Counted from the stretch's first letter, positions 1 to 11,005 are shown. The stretch is 64,000 nucleotides of DNA from Nitrosopumilus sp. (GCA_965205425.1 CBDBGZ010000008.1:1-64000); one strand, 5' to 3'. The notes: generated by a model not told the origin, from the sequence alone. Numbers and translations: made by a program.

Positions 1-621
1 GATAACAACCTAATTGAGCCCTGATTCTTTTTTCAACGCACTGCATGGTGCAGTAACTCTCAAAATGAGTAGTACTGTTTTTTGATTTTGATTTTATTAA
101 AGAATGGTTTGGCAATTTGTCATATCTTGGGATTAGATGTTTGTCAATTGCTACAGTAACTGGTTGCTCCAATACTCCCAATTCTTGTAATTTTGATATG
201 GTACTATCCAGTGAACGATGTAATTGAATTTGCATTGTTTTTTGTGATATTTTTGATATGATTTTTCTCAACCATGAAACCAGTTGGAGAATGATTCTGG
301 GATTCCATTGCCAGTCTCTTTAATCCAGATTCAGAATATGAATTTCCCAAACACAATGACATGATAGAATTATGTGCGTCTGCATTGTGGAACCGTGAGT
401 TATTTTTACTAGAGCATGGAAACAACAAGATATTGTACATTATTTTAGTGATAATCTCAAATGCTTTAGATAGTATCACGCCTTGGTGTGTCATGGTATC
501 AAATGAAGTACAATGCATATTTGATGGAGTGACATACTTTCATCAAGCTTTTTCTATCTGAATAGATTGATTGAATAATTGATAGTTTTTGATCTAAATT
601 GAGTTACTTTCCCATCTACTG
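1..621 (-). mobile_element. ISH3-family IS, 5' part (runs off window); transposase frameshifted
   Basis: Near-identical to the corresponding part of the copy at 50403-51721; TIR GAGTTACTTTCCCATCTACTG at 601-621; an extra A near 278 (CATGAAACC vs CATGAACC) truncates the ORF to 204..518. Confidence 0.9.
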
Positions 622-732
622 ATATGCCCAGATTTTCTTTCTTTCATATGGGTAATCACAGCACCTGTTGAATACAAAACACCTTTGATGTTGACATCAA
701 TCATTCTATCCCATTCATCTATTTTGAGGCTT
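622..732 (-). pseudogene. Internal fragment of an SDR-family oxidoreductase
   Basis: Minus-strand translation [36 protein letters not shown] is a typical SDR segment; cut off at the ISH3 end. Confidence 0.65.
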
Positions 733-916
733 TACATTCCAATTATTTTTTTTGTTTGGTCAAATGCTTAATTTCAAGTTCTAGTGCTTTTTTCTTTGAA
801 TCAGGTGCAGATTCTGCCTCAGGATTTGGAATCTCTTCAGATGACTTTACAGTATAATATGTATAATTTCAATCATATTCATCATTTTAAACTAGAATCA
901 CTTTGAAGGAATTGCT

Positions 917-1630
917 TCATTTGAGTGATGGATGTGTTAGTGGTAGTTGTAGATTAAAGCCTTTTTCTAACAGAGTCTCATATGTATGCTCTTTGAGGCA
1001 TACTGGTGTGTTGTAGTTGCGCATGTACAACTCTAGCCCCTCATTACAGTGTACCTCATTTAATGATATGTTAAATTCACTCATCTGAATTGCAGGTGTT
1101 GGATGTCTTTGCATGATTGCCTTTATGACACTGTAATTGTCATCTTCATACGTTTTGATGTTTGCAAGATTGTCATCATCACTGGACGGATAGTCAGAAC
1201 TAATCCAAGCAACTTCGGCTATATTTGGAGAATAACTATATCCTGTGATGTAACCACATTTGTCAAAAAAGACCATTAATTGTGGACCCTCATCATAAGG
1301 ATAAAGTATAAAATCAGGAATAGCCCATCTATCTGCTGTATATGGGTTATTTATTGAACTTATTACCTTATCCTCAAATGAGACATCCTTGTGCACATGC
1401 AAAAATTGTTTGAGGATGTAATCGTTTTCCAATGTGATTTTTTCATCATAGTGAGATGGCCAAGATTCTTCTACACAATATTGTTGAATTTCACAAAGAC
1501 TAGTACGTGAATGTGGGTATTTTGTAAGGTCCTCCATTGCAATCTTACAACTTATATATATTTCTTCTGCAAAAACCATTGTGGTTGGTACAAAAATTAG
1601 TAAAAAAATAAGAGAGGGGAGAGGGTTCAA
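917..1630 (-). CDS. Secreted hypothetical protein, partner of the upstream S1 protease
   Basis: 237 aa, N-terminal signal peptide (..TTMVFA-EE), 4-bp overlap with the protease stop codon. Confidence 0.75.
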   Translation of the reverse strand: MNPLPSLIFLLIFVPTTMVFAEEIYISCKIAMEDLTKYPHSRTSLCEIQQYCVEESWPSHYDEKITLENDYILKQFLHVHKDVSFEDKVISSINNPYTADRWAIPDFILYPYDEGPQLMVFFDKCGYITGYSYSPNIAEVAWISSDYPSSDDDNLANIKTYEDDNYSVIKAIMQRHPTPAIQMSEFNISLNEVHCNEGLELYMRNYNTPVCLKEHTYETLLEKGFNLQLPLTHPSLK

Positions 1631-2994
1631 CTTAATCCGCGGATGTTTATCAGGTCTACTATTTTATCATATGTGATGAACCTTGAATATCCATCACCAT
1701 CTATAGGGGCACATGGGGCAGTTTGAGCATCATCGTTAGTAGATTCATCGTCGACATCTTTGCCAAGATGCATTCCATATACGGTAAACTCACCACGGCT
1801 AACAGTTCCTACCGGAGCTCCACTATCTCCTGTACACTCGTTATATGATGCATGTACAATACCCATATCAACAGATCGTATGAATCCAAATGTTGTACCA
1901 GTAGCTGCTCCTGTTTGGTACACATAGTGGCCTATTGCAGGATTACCTGTATTGTATCCTGCAATGTCATAGTCAATACCATAATGATTGATTTCTCGGT
2001 CTATTGTCTTTCCAGGCAATGATTTGACAAATGCAGCATCATTGAAATTACCCCCATTATATATTCCATAGTTGAGTTTTCCAATAACTGTTGCCTGCCA
2101 TGATAAATCTGAAAGGCTTTGTCCCGTTGGAGTATGTGCTGAACCATCAACATTACTTGGATCTGGACCTGGTTGAAATACTTTCAATTGACTTGTAGGT
2201 GCACTAGCAGTTTTGGATAGGACTTCATCAAACGCATGTCCTACGGTGACAAATCCATTGTCGCTACCTTTTGTTGCTGGAAATGCAATTGTTGCTTGAG
2301 CACATTGATGATTACGTTGACCGTGTCTAGGGCCAAATTCTGCACAATACAAATCATTACCTGTAACAGTACTTGCAGTAAAGTGCTTGACTCCAATGTC
2401 AATATTACCTGCAACATCCTCAAAGTTATCAGATGCAATGGAGTCAGTTGTATCTAGAACACTGTTCCTGTGCAATTCAAAATCATTTGAGTGCAAAACA
2501 ACCTGTACTGATTCATCTAAATGATCAACAAATACATCATTTAGTAGCGCTGTATTGTTGTACTGTACGAGTATCTCTTGTTTAATATCAAGTAATTTTT
2601 GATGTCTTTTTTCTGGAATCTCAAACAGTGTATAGGCTTTTTCTTGCAGTGCATCTAATTCTACATACAATGCATCAATGGTATCTTTTACATTTTCTTG
2701 TCCATCTGTAATTCCTCTTGATTTTAGATCAGTCAATGTCACCTCCAATTCAAATATTCTTTTAGATACTGTCGTCATTTGAATCTCTAGATTCGCTATG
2801 TCTTTCTTTTTTGTATCTATTCTTAATTTGTGGGATTCTGCAGTGTGTTCTTCAACAACTCCTACAGGACCGACAACACCTTCTGTTTCTAGTTCTGTAT
2901 CACCTTGAGCAAAAGTATCACTCATTCCGACTGGAATTAACAATACCAGTGCTAAGAGTGGTATCGTATATTTTGTATATTTTGTATAATTCAT
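1627..2994 (-). CDS. Secreted S1 (alpha-lytic/chymotrypsin-like) serine protease with coiled-coil pro-region
   Basis: Signal peptide; GFVTVGH (His), DAAFV (Asp) and GDSGAP (Ser) motifs. Confidence 0.85.
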   Translation of the reverse strand: MNYTKYTKYTIPLLALVLLIPVGMSDTFAQGDTELETEGVVGPVGVVEEHTAESHKLRIDTKKKDIANLEIQMTTVSKRIFELEVTLTDLKSRGITDGQENVKDTIDALYVELDALQEKAYTLFEIPEKRHQKLLDIKQEILVQYNNTALLNDVFVDHLDESVQVVLHSNDFELHRNSVLDTTDSIASDNFEDVAGNIDIGVKHFTASTVTGNDLYCAEFGPRHGQRNHQCAQATIAFPATKGSDNGFVTVGHAFDEVLSKTASAPTSQLKVFQPGPDPSNVDGSAHTPTGQSLSDLSWQATVIGKLNYGIYNGGNFNDAAFVKSLPGKTIDREINHYGIDYDIAGYNTGNPAIGHYVYQTGAATGTTFGFIRSVDMGIVHASYNECTGDSGAPVGTVSRGEFTVYGMHLGKDVDDESTNDDAQTAPCAPIDGDGYSRFITYDKIVDLINIRGLS

Positions 2995-3159
2995 GTTCTT
3001 GAATGATCACATAAATTGATTTTATTTAACCTGTTCTAACATTCTAATCATATAAAACAAGAACCTTGAAATTCCAGATAACATAAAGTCCGGGAATCTT
3101 TCTATTTAGGATTATTGAAATGATTACTTTGGTCAGAACTAGGCGGATTCTCAACTGAT

Positions 3160-3220
3160 GGTCAATTCGGGTGATAGAGTGGTCAGTTAGGGTGATAGAG
3201 TGGTCAGTTAGGGTGATAGA
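3160..3220. repeat. Three tandem 21-bp units GGTCAGTTAGGGTGATAGAGT
   Basis: 3160-3180 (2 mismatches), 3181-3201 and 3202-3220. Confidence 0.9.
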
Positions 3221-3303
3221 TTGAGTATAAAATAATTTTCCAAGATTCATAAAATCCCTTTTTGAAAATTTATCATTATGGTCTGTAAAGGAATCTGCAC
3301 TCA

Positions 3304-3461
3304 ACATAAAGCCACACATGTCACTTGACTGGGATAATCTTGAGACCCCTGCAAAGGCATATGCAAGAAAGATGCCAGAGAAGGGAACAAGAGTTATTGA
3401 TGAGCAGACAGGAGAAGAATACGATGTCAAATAAGGGACGAACTGATTTTGGGATACAACA
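3304..3461 (+). mobile_element. IS481-family right-end remnant
   Basis: Near-identical to the 3' ends of the IS481 copies ending at 25218 and 50281 (..GGGATACAACA). Confidence 0.9.
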
Positions 3462-3567
3462 AAAATTTCACCATGGTGTCTTCTTTTTAAGCTTAAACCC
3501 TTCAATCCTTTCTCATTTGGCCATACATAGCAGAGAAAATAAAAGGATCAGTTTAGGATAACCTTGT

Positions 3568-5256
3568 ATGAAATTACTAAGATTTCGAGTTCAACAATAC
3601 AAGAGAATTGAAGACTCTGATTGGATTGAGACTGGTGATGTCACTGCTATGGTTGGAAAAAATGAGGTAGGGAAATCTTCTATTTTTAGAGCCTTATCTA
3701 AATTGAATCCTTCAGATAATGAAGGATTTAACAAACAACAAGAATTACCTCATAAATCCTATGTTAAATTAAAAGATGAACTCATCTGTCCTATTACTGC
3801 TGAATTTGAAATTTTAGAAAATGAAGAGTTTATTACAAAAATTAAAAAACCTCATAAATTAATTGTAAAAAAAGATTATGATAATAATTTTTATTTTAAC
3901 TTAGACGGACAAGACGTTGCTGATGAAGAAAAATCTTCTAAGATAAAAGAATTTTTGCCTCGCTTCATTTACTTTGATAATTATGATAAGATTAAAGGTA
4001 GATTTGACATTCCTAATTTTATTTCTGCATATACTGCTGATCCTGATAATAGAACAATTAGAACAGAAAGATGTATGTTTGAATATGTTGGATTAGATCC
4101 TGCAAAACTTTTAGAGCTTAAAACAACTCCAGAGATGCCAGAAGCTGAAAAATACAAACGTGTAGAAGAGAGAAAAATCTTATGTGATTCTGCAGCTTCT
4201 AGTATGACTGACGAATTTAGAAATTGGTGGAAAGTTAGAGATTATAGATTTGATTATCGTATGGATGATGATAGTTTTGGAGTTTATGTGTCAGATCATA
4301 TTGATACTACTAGTGTTGAATTAGATCAAAGAAGTTCAGGATTACGTTATTTCTTTTCATTTTTCTTAATTTTTACTGTTGAATCCAAAAGAGGACACAC
4401 AAACTCTATTTTATTACTAGATGAGCCTGGTTTGCATTATCATGCAACGTTCCAATTGGATTTGATTGATTTCTTTAAAGAACTATCTAAAAAAAATCAA
4501 CTTCTCTATTCTACACATTCTCCATTTTTGGTAGATGATGATAATTTAGATGATGTTAAAATCGTTTATGAAGATAGGGATACTAAAAAAATTAAAGTTT
4601 CTGCTAATGGTGTATGGCCCAAAGATGCAGAGACTCTATTCCCTCTTAGATTGTCTTGGTGGAATAGTGTTTTTCAATCATACATGCAAGATAAAACACA
4701 CATGTTGGTAGAAGGTATTACAGATTCACGCATACTTAAAAAAATCAACAAAATTTTGATTAATAATGGGCATGATGGATTAGATCCTGAAATTGTTATA
4801 GCTCCTGGTGGGGGAAATAGGATGAGTGCTTTGATTTCTATTTTAAAAACTAGTGATGTCAGTCAATTCTACTTCCTTGATGGGGATAAACCTGGACTTA
4901 GTAGAGCTAAGCATTATACAAAAGATTTTGATTTGACAGGATTGACAACTAAAAATTTCAGCAAATTAGATCATTCTTCATTAGAAGATTTGATTCCAAA
5001 ATATGTTTATTTGAATGCAGTAAAATCTGCATATACTTTATCTGAAGTCACTTTAAATGAAACTGATTCGACTGATAAAATGATAACCCATCAAGTTGAT
5101 GAATATCTTAAAACTAAGGAATTAGGGAAAATAGATAAATTAAAAATCACTGAACAATTACTTCCTTTACTTGATGGTATTTCCAAGGAAATTTGTGATA
5201 CTTTTGTTCCTATATTTTTAAAAATTAATGAAATAAAAAAAACCTTGGATAAGTAG
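3568..5256 (+). CDS. OLD-family ATP-dependent nuclease (ABC ATPase + TOPRIM)
   Basis: Walker A GKNEVGKS, signature SSG, Walker B LLDEPGLHYH, H-loop STHSP, TOPRIM VEGITD and DGD. Confidence 0.85.
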   Translation: MKLLRFRVQQYKRIEDSDWIETGDVTAMVGKNEVGKSSIFRALSKLNPSDNEGFNKQQELPHKSYVKLKDELICPITAEFEILENEEFITKIKKPHKLIVKKDYDNNFYFNLDGQDVADEEKSSKIKEFLPRFIYFDNYDKIKGRFDIPNFISAYTADPDNRTIRTERCMFEYVGLDPAKLLELKTTPEMPEAEKYKRVEERKILCDSAASSMTDEFRNWWKVRDYRFDYRMDDDSFGVYVSDHIDTTSVELDQRSSGLRYFFSFFLIFTVESKRGHTNSILLLDEPGLHYHATFQLDLIDFFKELSKKNQLLYSTHSPFLVDDDNLDDVKIVYEDRDTKKIKVSANGVWPKDAETLFPLRLSWWNSVFQSYMQDKTHMLVEGITDSRILKKINKILINNGHDGLDPEIVIAPGGGNRMSALISILKTSDVSQFYFLDGDKPGLSRAKHYTKDFDLTGLTTKNFSKLDHSSLEDLIPKYVYLNAVKSAYTLSEVTLNETDSTDKMITHQVDEYLKTKELGKIDKLKITEQLLPLLDGISKEICDTFVPIFLKINEIKKTLDK

Positions 5257-5454
5257 ATTTTACAAACTGTTTCATGAATTCACGAAAGTCTTTATCCGCA
5301 CAACCTAACAATTCTGATTATATTCTTTCTCAATCTCGTTTGTTATTTTTACGAAAATTATATTTTAAAAAAAGAGCATGTTGCAAATTGTGATTTCAAA
5401 TTATAATTTTAGAGAATATTGACAAATGATAAACTGCTATGCTTTTTCAATTAT

Positions 5455-5475
5455 GAGTTACTTTCCCATCTACTG
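5455..5475. repeat. Solo ISH3 terminal inverted repeat
   Basis: GAGTTACTTTCCCATCTACTG, identical to 601-621 and 51701-51721; no recognisable adjacent transposase. Confidence 0.85.
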
Positions 5476-5709
5476 ATCATAAAATTCACCGTAAACTCCG
5501 TTAGTTGTAATTAGTGGAATTGACATTAATGCCACAATCAATGTTAAAAAAATCCCATTCAATGCAAAATTCAATATATTTTCATTATTAAATAATTCGT
5601 ATCATTGAATTTCATCAACCGATAATCAACACAAAGAAAACAACCACAGACACAACAGAACCTTTGATCATTATCTTTATATCGGAATATTTCTATAATT
5701 GTTCAACAT

Positions 5710-7620
5710 ATGAATTATGCAAAATGTGTCATACCATTTTTGACTTTGTTGTTAATTCCTGTAGCAATGAGCGATACTTTTGCCCAGAGTGTCAATGATG
5801 ATTATCCCATATCAAATAGCACCTTGTCTGGATTTATTTCTGATGATGGTACGGTAGGTCCTGTAGGAATTGTAAATGAATTGTACAAGGCACATTCAGA
5901 TGTTACAAATATTATGATTGACCATTCAAAAGGTAATTTCTCAATAGCTGAAAACATTGTATTTACAATGGTACTAGTTGATGAGGAAAATGAAAAACTT
6001 GTAGTTGCAATAGACCCTGTACTGCTAAGCCTTGGTCTTGATACTGGCACATCTGATATTCAGCAATTGCTTGATACTGATGTAAATGTAGATTTGTCCT
6101 ATGCTGTGTTTATTCCTGAAAGCCACATAAACCCGTCTTCACAATCACAGATTAACACATGGATCTCATTATACAATGATAGATGTTCTACTTTAACAAC
6201 AAGTGCATTATGTCAAGCTTTAATATTTAATTTACAAACTCAAAACCATTACACACTAAATTCAAGTGGCATGTGGGTCGCACCATCCACTGATACACCA
6301 CCCCCTGCACCAGAACCACCTGTTACAACTACAACAACACCTAGTTCAACATCAATATCACAAACAATTCTCTTTTCAGATGACTTTGAAGATGGTACAT
6401 TAAACAAATGGACTGAATCCGGAGAATCTGATTGGAGGGCAGATACCTTTGATGAAAACAGAGTACCTGAAAATCATTCAAGTTCTAACAAAGTAGCAGA
6501 GGCTGACAACTGCGATACACAATGTATACTTGTGATAAAAAATGCAGTTGATATCTCGACATCTACTAGTCCAAAACTGGAATTTTGGAGATACATCGAT
6601 AGATCTCTTGATAATACAGAATATCTCAAAGTTGAGGTAACCAAAAATGGCAGTACCTGGATAGAGATAGACAAGTGGACTCCTGAGAATGGAGACGACG
6701 ATGATTCTTGGCACAAAGAGACATTTGATTTGTCCCCTTACAAGTCCAGTAATTTTAAGATACGATTTGTAGCATCAATGAGCTCTACAAGTGAAGATGT
6801 AGGTATTGATGATGTAAAGATTACATCACAAAGTACTTTATCTACAACTGTGAAAAAGTTTTATGGCGGCCAGCAGATTATCAAGTCTCAAATTATAACT
6901 ACTGATACAGCATTAGATTTTTCTAATGGTACTATAACAATTGGTGCCACAAAGACTAATGGCCAAATTGGGTTTGTAACTGCTGGTCATGTTTTAGAAA
7001 TATCTGATAGTACATATAGGTATCCTGTAACTCTAGGTGGATATTATTTACCAGGTAATACTATAACGACTATGGGATTAACACCAAATAACATAGAAAA
7101 TTATGCTTTAAAACTTGAGGTAATGAATCCTACAATAGTTAGAGATGTAAGAGGAGATATGGCATTTGTTCCAATCACTGAATCAAATGTTATAATATCA
7201 CAAACTGAAATCATAACACGTAATGGAACTTTGATAAATGTAATACATGGTTCTGCTGATTCTATACCACTTGGTAATGATATAGAAATTTATGGTATAA
7301 ATAATAATGCAGTTGGTACATTAAGATACAACAATGTAACTGCTTCGACTGATGATGGCATAACATTTACTAATATGGCAGTAGGTCATTATGACAGTGT
7401 AAATGGAGACAGTGGTGCTCCAATAATAGTTACAGATCGTGGTATCAACAAATTGATTGGTATTCATAAAGGTAAAATATGTGCATTTCATAGTACGGAT
7501 ACTGGGTTACTCTTACAAGATGTACATAATTCTGTACAATTTTGTCCAAATGGCTACGGCTTATATTACAAACTCTTTACTCCTTTTGAAAACATCAAAT
7601 CAATTCTTAATCTAAGATGA
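5710..7620 (+). CDS. Secreted S1 serine protease with Pro/Thr linker and a beta-sandwich (MAM/cleaved-adhesin-like) domain
   Basis: Signal peptide; PPPAPEPPVTTTTT linker; LFSDDFE...IDDVKIT domain; GFVTAGH, DMAFV and GDSGAP catalytic motifs. Confidence 0.85.
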   Translation: MNYAKCVIPFLTLLLIPVAMSDTFAQSVNDDYPISNSTLSGFISDDGTVGPVGIVNELYKAHSDVTNIMIDHSKGNFSIAENIVFTMVLVDEENEKLVVAIDPVLLSLGLDTGTSDIQQLLDTDVNVDLSYAVFIPESHINPSSQSQINTWISLYNDRCSTLTTSALCQALIFNLQTQNHYTLNSSGMWVAPSTDTPPPAPEPPVTTTTTPSSTSISQTILFSDDFEDGTLNKWTESGESDWRADTFDENRVPENHSSSNKVAEADNCDTQCILVIKNAVDISTSTSPKLEFWRYIDRSLDNTEYLKVEVTKNGSTWIEIDKWTPENGDDDDSWHKETFDLSPYKSSNFKIRFVASMSSTSEDVGIDDVKITSQSTLSTTVKKFYGGQQIIKSQIITTDTALDFSNGTITIGATKTNGQIGFVTAGHVLEISDSTYRYPVTLGGYYLPGNTITTMGLTPNNIENYALKLEVMNPTIVRDVRGDMAFVPITESNVIISQTEIITRNGTLINVIHGSADSIPLGNDIEIYGINNNAVGTLRYNNVTASTDDGITFTNMAVGHYDSVNGDSGAPIIVTDRGINKLIGIHKGKICAFHSTDTGLLLQDVHNSVQFCPNGYGLYYKLFTPFENIKSILNLR

Positions 7621-8309
7621 TTACGTTTAGTGTTTTTCTTTTATTATTTTTTGTAATAATCCTATTTTTACCATCTGTATCTATGGCGTCAGCTTATTTT
7701 GATGACTGCATAACAATGAACAAAGTCTCTAATGACAAACTAATCTGTGTATTTCATGATACCTTGCAAAAATTAATCGATAGAGACTATGCATATGTTG
7801 AACATGACTGGCAACTCATATGCGATAATAACATAAATTCACCACATTCTTGTCATATGATACGTTATGATGATAAACTATGTATATTTATTGTATCTGA
7901 GTCTGAGAGATGTATTGAAGAATATGATAAACCTCAAGATTATGATGAATGTTTCAACGAATATAAATTACAAGTAAGATATCTTGTACAAGCATTTTCT
8001 CCACATAGTAATGATTTTGGCATTATTGATGAATATTTTTATTTTAGTCATGATTTTTGTGATCTAGATTATGTACTTAAGTATGAAACACAAGAGCGTG
8101 ATGGAGTTATTTACCAAATTACCCATCATAGAGTGTTTGTAGAAAATTATGGAGTACCTGATTCATTATTTTATAGAATAAGTGCTATCGATGAATCAAG
8201 CCCTGTATATGAGTATGGTACAGGTTATTTTCTCTCGCCTAATGGGGAAAAACATAATTTTACATATACTTCCCATGGCTATTACCTTAAAATGAAACTT
8301 ATTGATTGA
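7617..8309 (+). CDS. Secreted Cys/Tyr-rich hypothetical protein, partner of the upstream protease
   Basis: Signal peptide (..SMASA-YF); ATGA overlap with the protease stop codon. Confidence 0.75.
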   Translation: MITFSVFLLLFFVIILFLPSVSMASAYFDDCITMNKVSNDKLICVFHDTLQKLIDRDYAYVEHDWQLICDNNINSPHSCHMIRYDDKLCIFIVSESERCIEEYDKPQDYDECFNEYKLQVRYLVQAFSPHSNDFGIIDEYFYFSHDFCDLDYVLKYETQERDGVIYQITHHRVFVENYGVPDSLFYRISAIDESSPVYEYGTGYFLSPNGEKHNFTYTSHGYYLKMKLID

Positions 8310-8398
8310 TTTACAACGATTAATTTCAAGTCTGTATCATAACTGCTTCTCTGAACTTTTTGCTTACATGTTGTGAACCGTTGTCTGTTCGAATAATC

Positions 8399-8445
8399 GG
8401 TTCTGGTGGATTCTAGTGATCAGATCACCAAAATACACCACATCC
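8399..8445 (+). repeat. 47-bp palindromic mini-element, copy 1
   Basis: GGTTCTGGTGGATTCTAGTGATCAGATCACCAAAATACACCACATCC; homologous copies at 35923 and 42686. Confidence 0.85.
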
Positions 8446-8611
8446 TCTAAAATTACTCAAAAGAGCCAGAGCAGGATTACTCCAACAAAAAGTTACAATA
8501 CAATTAACCAAAGGAAATGCCAGGAAATTGCGTAGTTTGGCTGGTAAAAAAGAGATTGATGTGGTTGAGATGGCTGATGAAATTTTGTCAAAATATCTAA
8601 AAAATAGATAG
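8446..8611 (+). pseudogene. 3' remnant of a ParB/Spo0J-like HTH protein gene
   Basis: LKLLKRARAGLLQQKVTIQL..YLKNR*; homologous to 42823-43248 and 51722-51991. Confidence 0.65.
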
Positions 8612-8700
8612 AATTTAGGCATAAAAATACTATTTCATTAAATTAAGATAAAGATAAGTGACCAATAAAGGGATATTTAATTCAAAGATCATGATACATT

Positions 8701-9090
8701 ATGAAATACTCTGTAATTGTTGAAATTCCAAACTCTTCAAACATACTTTTAGAATTAGATGATTCAAATTCTCCAAAAACTGTTAATGACTTTATTGAAA
8801 AATTACCCTTTACTGTGGATCTAAATGTGTGGGGCGATGAAATTTACACTTCAAAATCCCCAATTTCTCAACCTGAAGAAAATGCAAAATCTCCTGTTGA
8901 ATTAAATGATGTTGCATACTGGCCTACTGGCAAAGCAATATGCTTGTTTTATGGTCCTACCCCTATTGGGAATCCAGGCGAAATTACACCTGCATCTCCA
9001 GTTAATGTAATTGGAAAAATTGTTTCTCCAGATAAAACAATTCTAAATAATGTCAATAGTGAACAAGTTACATTTCATTTACAGAATTAA
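8701..9090 (+). CDS. Cyclophilin-like fold protein (DUF369/TM1367 type)
   Basis: WGDEIY, DVAYWPTGKAICLFYGPTP and PASPVNVIG motifs. Confidence 0.85.
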   Translation: MKYSVIVEIPNSSNILLELDDSNSPKTVNDFIEKLPFTVDLNVWGDEIYTSKSPISQPEENAKSPVELNDVAYWPTGKAICLFYGPTPIGNPGEITPASPVNVIGKIVSPDKTILNNVNSEQVTFHLQN

Positions 9091-9094
9091 ATTA

Positions 9095-10136
9095 GGTGAT
9101 TGTAAACCTATTACCACCAACTATTTTTGAGTAATTATTGGAAAAAACAATCAACATAATTGAGTTATCTAAAATAATTCACAACAAATCAACTGCATTG
9201 GAATTTCTCTGCAACCAATTCAAAAAGAAAAACACAATTCATTGTTCATCATGTAACTCTGAGAATTACTATATTATTTCAAGAGGGAAACTAAGATGCA
9301 AAGATTGCAAGACAGATTATAGACCGTTTGCTGGAACATGGTTTGATATCATCAACATTAATTTTACAAAATGGTTGGCCCTAGTCAAATTATTTGATAT
9401 TGGGATTAGTGCAAGATGTGCAGCTAGAGAAGCAGATGTCAGTTATCCAACTTGCACTAAATGCTTTTGATTGCATCAGATATTCAATACTGTATCACTT
9501 GGCAGAATCAGACAAGAAATTAAAAGGGGAAATTGAGGCTGACGAGGCGACTATTTTGGAGGAAAAAGAAAGGGAAATCGTGGCAGAGGTGCCAAGAACA
9601 AGACCATCGTATTTGGCATACTGGAAAGAAAGGGAAAAGTTCACGTTGAGATTGTAAACAATGTCAAGGCAAAGACATTGCTTGCAGGAACAATCAAGAA
9701 AGTAAAGAAAGGAAGCATTGTGTATAGCGAAAAGATAAAGTTCGTGAACTAAAAATCATCAAAAAACTAGAGATTAGATGATTTTACCTAAGGTAAATAC
9801 GAATAAACAATCTGAAACACCTTGAAAATAGTTCATGAACATATGCTTCTCGCTATATACGGACAAGTGGAGAGGATATGATTCGCTAATTTTCAACGGT
9901 TACAAACATCTCTCAATAGACCACAGCAAGATGTTTGGCAAAGGCGACGTGTACATCAATGGGATTGAAGGGTTTTGGAGTTTTGCAAAAGAGAACATGG
10001 CAAAGCATCATGGTGTCAGTCCAGGTAAATTCTTGTTGTACATCAAAGAGATGGAATGGAGATATAACAACAGAGATGAAGATACTTTCTCATTATTGCT
10101 TGATTATATGTTGGGGGTAAATAATTGATAATCACC
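9095..10136 (+). mobile_element. IS1595-family IS with pseudogenised transposase
   Basis: Imperfect 27-bp TIRs GGTGATTGTAAACC../GGTGATTATCAATT..; Zn ribbon, EADE, YTD and INGIEGFWS motifs split over three ORFs; interrupted by a MITE. Confidence 0.9.
9725..9855. mobile_element. 131-bp MITE with TA target duplication (IS630/Tc1-type)
   Basis: Absent from the second IS1595 copy (empty site GTGTATACGG near 61520); TIRs TAGCGAAAAGATAAAGTTCGTGAACTA / TAGCGAGAAGCATATGTTCATGAACTA; flanked by TA. Confidence 0.9.
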
Positions 10137-10326
10137 ATTTATCATTATGAAATTCTGTAAGTTTCTTATAGAATTCTGTAAGGTTTGTATTTTGTTCGAT
10201 TAATGGGAGTTCCAATCTGTAGAACTGTTGGAGTTTCTTCTTAATTCTATGTTCTAAAACATAACTGTAAGATTTTGAATAACTAGTCTTATTTTCCAAG
10301 TACTGACGTTCGTGAATACTTAGCAT
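10132..10326 (-). CDS. Small basic hypothetical protein
   Basis: 64-aa ORF following 10339..10992; its stop codon lies inside the IS1595 TIR, so it may be truncated. Confidence 0.5.
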   Translation of the reverse strand: MLSIHERQYLENKTSYSKSYSYVLEHRIKKKLQQFYRLELPLIEQNTNLTEFYKKLTEFHNDKW

Positions 10327-10338
10327 GTTAGTCTCAAA

Positions 10339-10992
10339 TTAATTGTTCATATTTTTGAGAATCATAGATAAAATAACAAAGTCATCTTGGTCATCATAAA
10401 ATTGAATCCCCCTATCTGTAGAATATTCTATCAAAATCAAGATGTTGTTTACGTAGCACAAATCAGTATGTAAATCGCGAACTGTGTGTATTTCTTGGAT
10501 TGATCTACAATTTTCAGTTTCATTGTAAATGTCAAAGGCCCTATTCATATTTTGAAAATCTTTAATGTTATTCCATTGTTGAAATGCTTCATCAGCGGTA
10601 TTAAATTTATACAAAGATGCTGTAGCCCAAAACTTCCATGATGAAGAGGTTTCTAATTTTGTATATTTCTGTGAAACCGACTCCAATACACCAATTGATT
10701 CAATTTGATATGATTCTAGGTCATTTTCAGATAGAATGTTTTCTGCTAGTTTTGTATTGGAATCTGCTTTTTCACCCAATCTCCAATTCAAACCTAATTC
10801 ATCAATTGTAGGTAATAATTCATCTACATCCACATCTAGATATTCATTGAATGTGTTAGTATTTTCAGTTACAGATATTTCTTCATTTTGAGGATTGGCA
10901 GATTTTTCTGATGGAGGTACGGCCATCCCAATTGCAATTAATAGAATTAAAATTCCAGCAATACCAATTCCTATTTTCTTAAATTTTCCCAC
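10339..10992 (-). CDS. Membrane-anchored hypothetical protein
   Basis: Single N-terminal TM helix followed by an acidic extracellular domain. Confidence 0.7.
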   Translation of the reverse strand: MGKFKKIGIGIAGILILLIAIGMAVPPSEKSANPQNEEISVTENTNTFNEYLDVDVDELLPTIDELGLNWRLGEKADSNTKLAENILSENDLESYQIESIGVLESVSQKYTKLETSSSWKFWATASLYKFNTADEAFQQWNNIKDFQNMNRAFDIYNETENCRSIQEIHTVRDLHTDLCYVNNILILIEYSTDRGIQFYDDQDDFVILSMILKNMNN

Positions 10993-11005
10993 AATATGAG
11001 GTTCA

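Noticed and set aside
3044..3561. ORFs 3044..3505 and 3325..3561
   Set aside because: Chance frames across an IS481 remnant and a tandem repeat
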